Part shown: positions 1 through 7,694 of the stretch, in pieces
Position numbering within the stretch: position 1 is the first letter of the stretch
How the letters are laid out: every line of letters starts with the position of its first letter
Assembly: GCA_964593375.1 (NCBI GenBank)
Contig: CAZQIF010000002.1
Span: 7,197 to 71,196 of the forward strand
Length of the DNA stretch: 64,000 bases
Direction: 5' to 3'
From: an uncultured Candidatus Saccharibacteria bacterium
GTDB lineage: Bacteria; Patescibacteriota; Minisyncoccia; Phycocordibacterales; UBA918
Made by a program: the position numbers and the translations under genes
The notes under the pieces: model-generated
What the model was told of the DNA's origin: nothing
Database searches by the model: none
Seen by the model: only the letters and a program-made list of their open reading frames with translations

Positions 1-1964
1 TTACCATTTCCGTTTAAGTAGTTACCGGTCACGATATTGCTGGAAGAAGTATTCTGAAGGTAGATACCGTAGCGACCATTGCTATATATAGAATTTCCAG
101 AGACAATATTTCTGGGAGACATGAAGAGATATATTCCGTTTCTACTATTATTTCTAATAGTATTACCACTTATCGTATTTTGGGAAAAAACTAAAGTATA
201 GATGCCGTGCGCACCATTATTAACAGAGGTGTTCCCCGTCAAAGTGTCGTTTGAAGCAACCTGGAGATAGATGCCGTCATCACCATTATTACTCATGGTA
301 TTATTGACATACGAATCATTCATTGAAAAAAACCCTGATATTCCAGCATTTTCATTATTTTGTGAAATATTTCCGATTATTAAATTACCTGATGTCTCAC
401 TTAGAGAAATTCCGTTATTCATTCTCCTTACCGATACATGATCAATAGTCGACGTTGAAACGATGTTGAACGCGATACCGTCTTGGTTTCCAGCTAACGC
501 CAACCCTCCATCAATCGCCAAATCCTTGATGGTGATGTAGCTCGTGTTCGCGACATCAATAACATCCCAATCTGTAGAAGTAGCGGTGATTTTAAGAAGC
601 GTACTTGGTCCAGAACCCATGAGCGTCGTCGACGCTTGCGTAATGTTGATTTCGTTATTGATGTTGTACGTACCAGGAAGGAGGTAGACGAGACCACCCG
701 TTGACGGGATCGCGGCGAGTGCTTGCTCAATGGTGTCTTGATCGTTTGTTCCAGTCGATACATAGTCTGCTTTCTCTTTGTTTTGTGAGTCTGAGGCTGC
801 GACGATGAAGGAAGCGGTACTGCGGTCTGCTTGCCACTTCCCTTGTTCGTAGACGTAGAGTGAGGTGGAGGCGGATGAGTAGAAGAGTGTTCCTTCGCTT
901 GAATTCGTGGGGAATGATGTGCCGCCCACAATGCGGAGGGTTGAGGTGGCAACAAGATTTGAGGTGGTAGCGGTGCCAGATACGTCCATGTCGGCAAACT
1001 GTGCGGTACCTGTAAACGTCGGTGAAGCATTAAACACAACGTACCCTGCGGTACCAACTTCATCCCCGAGGAGTGCGGCGAGTTCAGATGATGTATCAAT
1101 CTCTGATGAGAGGAGTACTGACGGGTCGAGGTACGACGTACCGATGGTGGTTGATGCACTCACGACTCCCGTGCTGTTCGCAACGAGGATACCGGAGGTA
1201 GTGTTCGTGAACGTGACGGTACCGGTTGCGGTGAGGTTCCCCCCAAAGTAGCTGTTCCCCGCGACGGAGAACTTGGCGACGGGTGAAGTGGAGCCAACAC
1301 CAACATTGCCGTTGTTTAAGACCGAGAACACATTCGTCGTTCCGGAAAGTAACTTGAGGAGATCTCCCGCACCGTTCTGGGTAATGGTGAGGAGGGTGTC
1401 GGCGGTGTTGACCGCAATCGATGAGGTGGCATCAGTGCGCACAAACTGGGTTGAGTCGAGTCCATCAAGTTTGTCGGTGCTTAGAGAGGTACTTGCGACA
1501 AACGCTGACGGAACGGTGCCGAGAATCTTCCGTGGTGACATCTCTCCGTCCCAGACGGCAGAGCCGGTTGTTGAACCGACTTCCACACCGAGGTAGAGCG
1601 TTTGGTTAAAGTCGACACTCGTAAGTGGTGACGTTGAACCGAGCATCACACTGAAGAGACCGTTTGTGACCTGAACTCTGTTTGTACCCGTGAGTGTTTC
1701 AGTCCAGAGGGCGCTCGTCGTGGCAACGCTCGGTGAGGTGAGGAGCCAGAAGCGCATGTTGTATGTGCCGTTCGGTACGGCGATGTTTGCCGAGGTGGTG
1801 AGTTTGCCTTGGTAGTTCATCGTGTATGAGGGAGCAGCTGAGGTGGTGTGGGTGAGGGCAAGTGAGAGAAGCATGAGACCAGAAACCACAAAAATAAATG
1901 CACCAAAAAGACTAACGCTGTGCGTTGTCTTTGTGTGTATTATGTTTTTAAAGATGTGGTTCAT
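1..1964 (-). CDS. Large secreted surface protein (partial, 654+ aa): signal peptide, tail-fibre-like N-terminal module, right-handed parallel beta-helix (pectin-lyase/NosD-like repeats)
   Basis: Translated by hand from ATG 1964 with no stop before the window edge. MNHIFKN..FGAFIFVVSGLMLLSLALTHTTSA signal; MNYQGKLT..NGTYNMRFW..VTNGLFSVMLGS module; NGNVGVGSTSP; DQDTIEQALAAIPSTGGLVYLLPGTYNI cap; 23-aa N..NG..GIY repeats. Missing from the track because it is truncated. Confidence 0.85.
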   Translation of the reverse strand, partial: MNHIFKNIIHTKTTHSVSLFGAFIFVVSGLMLLSLALTHTTSAAPSYTMNYQGKLTTSANIAVPNGTYNMRFWLLTSPSVATTSALWTETLTGTNRVQVTNGLFSVMLGSTSPLTSVDFNQTLYLGVEVGSTTGSAVWDGEMSPRKILGTVPSAFVASTSLSTDKLDGLDSTQFVRTDATSSIAVNTADTLLTITQNGAGDLLKLLSGTTNVFSVLNNGNVGVGSTSPVAKFSVAGNSYFGGNLTATGTVTFTNTTSGILVANSTGVVSASTTIGTSYLDPSVLLSSEIDTSSELAALLGDEVGTAGYVVFNASPTFTGTAQFADMDVSGTATTSNLVATSTLRIVGGTSFPTNSSEGTLFYSSASTSLYVYEQGKWQADRSTASFIVAASDSQNKEKADYVSTGTNDQDTIEQALAAIPSTGGLVYLLPGTYNINNEINITQASTTLMGSGPSTLLKITATSTDWDVIDVANTSYITIKDLAIDGGLALAGNQDGIAFNIVSTSTIDHVSVRRMNNGISLSETSGNLIIGNISQNNENAGISGFFSMNDSYVNNTMSNNGDDGIYLQVASNDTLTGNTSVNNGAHGIYTLVFSQNTISGNTIRNNSRNGIYLFMSPRNIVSGNSIYSNGRYGIYLQNTSSSNIVTGNYLNGNG

Positions 1965-1967
1965 TGT

Positions 1968-2735
1968 TTAATTCTGTTTCACCGGCACTGCCAAAAACCG
2001 ATACGCTTCACCTTCTTTCTCTCTAAACTGCGGAATGATGATGCCGGTATCAGGGTGTTCAGGATCAACGGAAACCGCAACATCGTCTGAGAACGAGTCT
2101 CTGATTGATTCAACGGTCGTGGCGGTCATGACTTCGTTTGGTGCGACGATGAGGGTGGTGTGGGTCGTCGTCCCATTAGACGCGACGACTCCTCCCAAAG
2201 AGGAGTCTGCGTCTAATGGGATAAATCCCTTTGCATCAGTGAGTTTTTGAGTAAATGAGTTTTGAGTTTCACTTCCTGAAACAAACGTATACAGAGAGAG
2301 CGCAAGTCGTTCAACCGCAGAGTACGAGGTAGATGAGAGTGATGCGGTCTGAGTTTGTGGACTCGTCATGACGTAGCCACTCGCTCCGAGAGAGAGTCCA
2401 ATGATTAAGATAACGAGTGTCTCCGTGAGTGCAACGAGGTGGTGCTTCTGCTTTGCTTCCGTTACTTCCTCCACCTGTGCTTTCTGGAAGTGTGAGAGTT
2501 CTGCTTTGCGCTCGAGGCGGAGTGCATTCGCACGTGCGTCTTTTTCTTTCGTTTTGTGGTTGATGAAGTCTTGCACGGAAGACTCAATCACGAACCACTG
2601 GTGACCAACTTTTGTGGCCTCGATGTGACCTTGTCTCGCGAGCATGGTGATGTAGTCAGAGGTGTATCCAAAACGCTTCCCCGCTGCCGTTGCGGGGATG
2701 TATTCGTGACCTGAAAGTGACAGTGTTTCCGACAT
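1968..2735 (-). CDS. Membrane-anchored helix-turn-helix (excisionase/HTH_17-like) protein
   Basis: YIPATAAGKRFGYTSDYITMLARQGHIEATKVGHQWFV N-terminal HTH, coiled coil, one TM segment (LVILIIGLSLGASGYV); ends 3 bp before the surface-protein start. Confidence 0.7.
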   Translation of the reverse strand: MSETLSLSGHEYIPATAAGKRFGYTSDYITMLARQGHIEATKVGHQWFVIESSVQDFINHKTKEKDARANALRLERKAELSHFQKAQVEEVTEAKQKHHLVALTETLVILIIGLSLGASGYVMTSPQTQTASLSSTSYSAVERLALSLYTFVSGSETQNSFTQKLTDAKGFIPLDADSSLGGVVASNGTTTHTTLIVAPNEVMTATTVESIRDSFSDDVAVSVDPEHPDTGIIIPQFREKEGEAYRFLAVPVKQN

Positions 2736-3016
2736 GTCTAAATAACCAAAATGTCCTTATATTTTATAGGGTTTTGGGATATTTCGATAATGAGTTATAC
2801 ACAGAGAGAATAGGGGGAAAGTAAAATATAAAATCTAAAAAAAATTTGTGCATGTAGTCGGTGCTTTTGGATTGAACAGAAGGCCCCATTAGAGCTCACG
2901 GAAGTGACATGACTTCCGATTTCAAACGGGGTATAAACTGGGAATGATAAACAATAAACTTCCGCGTTTTTTCGCGTCTTGTCTGCGTGTATCCGCGCTT
3001 GCTTCAGCAAGACTTT

Positions 3017-3105
3017 CTGGATTGCTTCACTTCGTTCGCAAAGACGGACACGACCGGCGCGCAGAGCGCCGGTCGTCATCGCGAGCAGAGCGTGGCGATC
3101 CAGAA
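3017..3105. repeat. CGTC-tagged REP/RPE-like palindromic doublet with central hairpin, copy 1
   Basis: 3017-3049 is identical to 7512-7544; central stem acgaccggcgc/gcgccggtcgt 3050-3076; inverted partner arm ends in gcgatccagaa. Confidence 0.8.
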
Positions 3106-3161
3106 ACCGATAACTGAGTACCGATAACTGAATACATTCTAATACCGTCTATACGAGATAT

Positions 3162-4085
3162 CTATATTCTCTCTGATATTTTAGATACTGTACCCATGAT
3201 ATCGAAGCCAAAGTTTGAGTCAAATATTACTCCTTCTCCCTTTTGTGCCTCGTTTGTGAGCGTCCATTTCGCATCAACAGCAAGCGAGAGTGTCGTAAGC
3301 ACAAGCATCGTGAGCACAAACAATACGTACCAAATGCTACTTTGCTTTCGCTGAGGAGGAACCAGGCCTGAAAGCATCTCTCCGTTAGATTCAATTACTT
3401 CTGCCGACTCCTCTTCTAGACGCTTTATTCTATCCGTAAAGTTTATGTACTGTCGTGGTTCTTCATTACTTTCAGTTTCCACTACTGACTCTTCAATCTC
3501 TGTATGCTCATCCTCATTTTCAACCTCTTCCTCGACAGGAATATCTTCCTTTTTATGCACCTTACGGTTAATACGAGCATGGAGTGTAACAATGTCAGGA
3601 TCTGCGGCAATTTCGTCACTAAGATCGACGACCTTAAGCTTTCCAGCCATGATTATCTTCTTTCCTTTATTCTCTATTGAAAATGGTTCCTCTACAGGCT
3701 CATCTCTATGCCCTGCATACTGTTTTGGCTCTGCGTGCATATGCTCATTAATTTCGAGCTTTCTCACCGCTGGAATAAGGTCGCTTTCATCCTCTTCGTA
3801 GCGTACCCTACTCTCCGTCTTTTCTTCAGTGCTCTGCACACGAAGTTTATGCTCCTCAATAGCCTTATGGGCCTGCTCACGTGCTTTAACACGCGACATG
3901 CGCTTCTTCTCAACGCGATGCTCACCGAGCTGTGAGATATCGACATACCAGGTTCGTCCGACAAGATGAGAGGTTATCTTGCCCCCACGACATAACTGCC
4001 CTACGTAATCGGACGTGTAGCCGAGATCACGCGCAGCCTTTGAGGCTTTTACAAATGTCTTTCCATCAAGAACAAGTGTCTCCAT
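3162..4085 (-). CDS. Membrane-anchored HTH_17-like protein, paralog of 1968..2735
   Basis: FVKASKAARDLGYTSDYVGQLCRGGKITSHLVGRTWYV HTH, acidic linker, C-terminal TM (IWYVLFVLTMLVLTTLSLAV); start set to ATG 4085 (TATACT 6 nt upstream). Confidence 0.7.
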   Translation of the reverse strand: METLVLDGKTFVKASKAARDLGYTSDYVGQLCRGGKITSHLVGRTWYVDISQLGEHRVEKKRMSRVKAREQAHKAIEEHKLRVQSTEEKTESRVRYEEDESDLIPAVRKLEINEHMHAEPKQYAGHRDEPVEEPFSIENKGKKIIMAGKLKVVDLSDEIAADPDIVTLHARINRKVHKKEDIPVEEEVENEDEHTEIEESVVETESNEEPRQYINFTDRIKRLEEESAEVIESNGEMLSGLVPPQRKQSSIWYVLFVLTMLVLTTLSLAVDAKWTLTNEAQKGEGVIFDSNFGFDIMGTVSKISERI

Positions 4086-4110
4086 GGGAATAGTATACAG
4101 CCGAGATTTG

Positions 4111-4147
4111 AAAAACAAAAGACGAGGTGGAGTGGATATCCACCTCG
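4111..4147 (-). terminator. Intrinsic terminator of gatB
   Basis: cgaggtgga/tccacctcg stem 4123-4147 followed by a U-rich tract on the minus strand. Confidence 0.55.
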
Positions 4148-4171
4148 CATAGACGAAATAGCTTTAAAGGC

Positions 4172-5581
4172 TTACTTAATTTGCTTCTTAAGAAGTTCGA
4201 GAAGCAATACTGGGTTAGCACTGCCTCGGGTTGCCTTCATTCCCTGACCAACAAGAAACTGGAGTGATGATTCCTTTCCCGCTTTGTACTCTTCCACTAC
4301 TTTGGGATTGGAGTCAATAAGTGTTTTAACGATTTCAAGTATTGCATCTTCTGAGTTATTTTGGAGAAGTCCCCCCTCCTCTGCAAGCTTCTCAGGATCC
4401 TTTCCTTCGAAGAGAACCTGCTTCAACATATCCTTTGCAACACGTGATGTAATGCGCTTTTCACCAACCATTTTAATAAGTGCAACGAACGGGACAAGAT
4501 GCGCCCCAGTAAGTTCATTCGTATTATTAAGGTGAGAAAGAATATCTGAAGTAAGATAGTTAGCAATAACTGGTGCGAGTGCTGCATCATCGTGAATAAG
4601 CTCGAGTGATTTTTTAAAAAAAGTAGCAACGTTACTAACACTGATTATTGTCTCAATCTGTTCTCTCGTTAATCCAAGATTACTATACTTTATGCGTGTT
4701 TTTTCAGGTAACTCAGGCATTTCCTCTCGTATCCGAGATAGTGAAAAGTCTTCAACAAGATTCAAATTGAGCTTTGGAAGATCGGGCTCTGGGAAGTAGC
4801 GATAATCATTTGCAGACTCCTTGAGGCGCTGTGAGAAAGTTTTTGACTTAGTCTCATCCCAACCACGTGTTTCTTGAACTACCTTCTCACCACTTTCTAT
4901 GAGCTGAATCTGTCTCTTTATTTCGTACTCGACTGCAGACTCTACCGCCTTGAATGAGTTGATATTCTTCACTTCAACTTTAGTACCAAGTGCCTCTGTT
5001 TTGCTGACAGAAATATTTGCCTCTACGCGCATCTCTCCCTGCTCCATGTTGGCATCGGATACCCCTAGAGTCCGGAGTAGCAATTGAAGTTCTCGGGCAA
5101 AATTACCTGCGGTCTTTGCGTCATGAATAACAGGTTCTGTCACCAGTTCCATAAGTGGTACTCCTGCTCGGTTGTAGTCAATGAGACTTCCTGAACCTTG
5201 ATCATGTTGTGAACGAGCAGTGTCTTCTTCAAGATGAATACGAGTAATTGCAACTCCATTAAGTACTCCCCCTTTCACGAGTGGATAGAGGTACTGGCTA
5301 ATTTGATAGCCCTTCGGAATGTCAGGATAAAAATAATTCTTTCTGTCGAACTCTGTATACGTAGCAATCTCTGACCCGATGGCGCATCCTACCTTAATGA
5401 CATGCTTTACTGCCTCTTTATTAATAACCGGAAGTGTCCCGGGGTGCGCTAAACACACCGGACATATGTTGGTGTTTGGTTCACTATGATGTGGATCGTT
5501 CGCCGAGTTGCAAAACATCTTTGTTTTCGTCTTCAGTTCTGCATGCACTTCGATTCCAATTGTTGGTATATACGTTTCCAT
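4172..5581 (-). CDS. gatB: Asp-tRNA(Asn)/Glu-tRNA(Gln) amidotransferase subunit B
   Basis: IGIEVHAELKTKTKMFC, CPVCLAHPGTLPVIN, FDRKNYFYPDIPKGYQISQ, HLEED, DYNRAGVPLMELVTEP, DYRYFPEPDLP. Confidence 0.97.
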   Translation of the reverse strand: METYIPTIGIEVHAELKTKTKMFCNSANDPHHSEPNTNICPVCLAHPGTLPVINKEAVKHVIKVGCAIGSEIATYTEFDRKNYFYPDIPKGYQISQYLYPLVKGGVLNGVAITRIHLEEDTARSQHDQGSGSLIDYNRAGVPLMELVTEPVIHDAKTAGNFARELQLLLRTLGVSDANMEQGEMRVEANISVSKTEALGTKVEVKNINSFKAVESAVEYEIKRQIQLIESGEKVVQETRGWDETKSKTFSQRLKESANDYRYFPEPDLPKLNLNLVEDFSLSRIREEMPELPEKTRIKYSNLGLTREQIETIISVSNVATFFKKSLELIHDDAALAPVIANYLTSDILSHLNNTNELTGAHLVPFVALIKMVGEKRITSRVAKDMLKQVLFEGKDPEKLAEEGGLLQNNSEDAILEIVKTLIDSNPKVVEEYKAGKESSLQFLVGQGMKATRGSANPVLLLELLKKQIK

Positions 5582-5767
5582 AGTCTGTAATAGTATCGTT
5601 TTCGTCACTTTTGAACAAGCTGTGTCGCCCTTTCTTTGTAGACAAAGTTTTTATAAACACACGATTCTCATTTATGTCAATATGCACAGACACTGTTAAT
5701 AAAGTATGGCTCAAATAAATGATAAAACCTCTTTTTGTGGAGTTACATCATGTTTATTTAATTAACT

Positions 5768-6772
5768 TCACTCAGAGAGGTCGGTCGTTTTTGGCGCCTC
5801 AGACTCTGTTTTTCGAAGGTACACAATGAGTCCGTCACGTAATTCTTTGACTCCGTTCCCTGTTTCAGCAGATACCGCGTAGACAGTTTTACCCGTTCCG
5901 GTCATTTTTTTGACTGCTTCTGAAACTTTTTCTTCACTGACCAAGTCTGTTTTGGTGAGAATAATCCACTCCTCTTTTTCTAGAAGTTTAGGGTCGAATT
6001 TTTCAAGCTCATTTTGAATGACTTGATACTGAGGGACGGCATCTTCATACTCGAGTGAGATGAGGTGAAGAATCATTTTGGTTCGTGATACGTGACGAAG
6101 GAATTTGTGACCGAGGCCCTTACCTTCCGACGCTCCTTCAATGAGTCCAGGGATGTCAGCGAGGACGAAGCCGTAGAGGTCACCAAGGTGTGGTTCGAGA
6201 GTCGTAAATGGATATGCACCAACGCGTGCGTGGGTGTTTGTAAGCGCGTTAAGAAGCGTCGATTTGCCAGCGTTTGGAAAACCTGCGAATCCGACATCTA
6301 CCACCAGTGAGAGTTCGATAGTAAAGGCACCCTGTTCTCCTGACTTACCGGGAGTAGATTGTTCAGGTGAACGATTGGTAGAAGATTTGAAATATTCGTT
6401 CCCCAACCCACCTTGGCCACCCCTTAGTATCTTATGGGTTTCACCGTCTTTTTCAAACGTATACACCCGTTCACGCAGAGTATCGGTCACCTTAGCCCCT
6501 ACCGGAACATCAATATATAAATCTTCACCATCCTTTCCATGACGACTACTGCGTGAGCCGGAACCCCCGCTTTCAGCAGTAAATTCCTTAGAACCAGTGT
6601 ACTTACTGAGCAGGCTTAAATCGCGGACCGCGCGCATATATACGTCGCCACCGTTCCCACCGTTTCCACCTGCAGGACCGCCAAGTGGCTCACGTATCTC
6701 GCGACGCCATCTGACCACCCCTGGGCCACCGTTTCCCGCTTTTGCGGATATTTCGAGTTCATCTACAAACAT
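5768..6772 (-). CDS. obgE: GTPase ObgE/CgtA
   Basis: Gly-rich Obg fold (AGNGGPG..GGNGGNGGDV), G1 GFPNAGKST, YPFTTLEP, DIPG, TKTD. Confidence 0.96.
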   Translation of the reverse strand: MFVDELEISAKAGNGGPGVVRWRREIREPLGGPAGGNGGNGGDVYMRAVRDLSLLSKYTGSKEFTAESGGSGSRSSRHGKDGEDLYIDVPVGAKVTDTLRERVYTFEKDGETHKILRGGQGGLGNEYFKSSTNRSPEQSTPGKSGEQGAFTIELSLVVDVGFAGFPNAGKSTLLNALTNTHARVGAYPFTTLEPHLGDLYGFVLADIPGLIEGASEGKGLGHKFLRHVSRTKMILHLISLEYEDAVPQYQVIQNELEKFDPKLLEKEEWIILTKTDLVSEEKVSEAVKKMTGTGKTVYAVSAETGNGVKELRDGLIVYLRKTESEAPKTTDLSE

Positions 6773-6930
6773 GGTATGTTATGCGGTTTCAGGCCAAACT
6801 CACCAAACGTGGTATTCCTGACCGAATGATGTTTGATGCTACACTGTTACGGCTTAAAAGTACAGTGTACCTAGGGCTTATCCAAAACTTTTACAACCTT
6901 TTCACTATATATCAATCAACGCACAAACTG

Positions 6931-7055
6931 AGAGCGGGTCTTCAAAACCTTCAATTTCAAGGCGTCAAATCGAGAGATGTGAGGCGTATATGGACATACG
7001 ATGAACATTTCGAGATGTAGACAACGCAGAAATTGTAGGTTTTGATACGCGCTCT
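6931..7055. mobile_element. About 125-bp MITE/RPE-1-like palindromic element
   Basis: Imperfect terminal inverted repeats agagcg..tcaaaaccttcaatttc / gaaattgtaggttttga..cgctct around an internal gaggcgtat..atacgatgaac core. Confidence 0.6.
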
Positions 7056-7389
7056 ATGAGATTTGTTTGTTGGCGATGGAGCTGATGATACTCACCACTA
7101 TTGAACCAAAGAGACCAGTCCAAAAACCCGCTACATGGAAGCCGTCAACAAATGATGCAACGAAAAGGAATATGAGTGTGTTGATAACAAATATGAAAAG
7201 ACCGAGTGTAACAATGGTTACTGGGAGTGTGAGGATTACGAGGATTGGGCGAACAACTGCGTTCAGTATACCGAGAAGAAACGCCGCAATGAGCGCTACG
7301 TAAAAGCCCGAAATGGTAATTCCCGGAAAGAGCATATCGACAATAACAAGTGCGAATGCGGTTATTATGGTACGAATGACGAATTTCAT
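7054..7389 (-). CDS. YvlD-like 4-TM membrane protein (phage holin superfamily IV)
   Basis: ALIAAFLLGILNAVVRPILVILTLPVTIVTLGLFIFVIN..VDGFHVAGFWTGLFGSIVVS signature. Confidence 0.85.
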   Translation of the reverse strand: MKFVIRTIITAFALVIVDMLFPGITISGFYVALIAAFLLGILNAVVRPILVILTLPVTIVTLGLFIFVINTLIFLFVASFVDGFHVAGFWTGLFGSIVVSIISSIANKQIS

Positions 7390-7476
7390 AGTATCCAATA
7401 TTTTACGCTGAATACGCAGGCTGTCGAGAGGAACGCGGAAAGACGCGGACGAGACGCATATAATCGCAGAAAAATA

Positions 7477-7694
7477 CTAAGTGCTAAAAGCTAATTGCTA
7501 AGAGCTATTTACTGGATTGCTTCACTTCGTTCGCAAAGACGGACGGAAATATGTCTCACCGCAAAGACGGATGACGCACTTTACCCGCAATGACGGACAA
7601 CAAACCGCGGAAGGCAAAGCCTTCCGCGGTTTGTTGTCTTCGCGAGCCTGCGAAGCGATCCAGAAGCTAAGTGCTAATAGCTGAGAGCTAACTT
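7477..7694. repeat. CGTC-tagged REP/RPE-like doublet copy 2 embedded in a 7-mer (ctaaNNg) tandem array
   Basis: Heptamers at 7477-7511 and 7667-7694; 33-nt arm 7512-7544; three cgcaaWgacgga units; perfect 20-bp stem 7596-7638. Confidence 0.8.

Noticed and set aside
1-430. Diversity-generating retroelement target (Asn/AAY-rich repeats)
   Set aside because: No reverse transcriptase and no template/variable repeat pair differing only at adenines in the window; the periodicity is explained by beta-helix coils
494-1609. Track ORFs 494..1159, 907..1251, 1273..1596 and 1421..1609
   Set aside because: Alternate-frame or antisense shadows of the real minus-strand gene 1..1964
2795-3079. 94-aa ORF (..RLCERSEAIQ..)
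   Set aside because: Translation of the REP and decamer repeats; no protein-like features
7054-7389. Prophage inferred from the holin-family gene and excisionase-like HTHs
   Set aside because: YvlD-type proteins are common chromosomal genes; no integrase, terminase or capsid genes, and the neighbours are housekeeping genes
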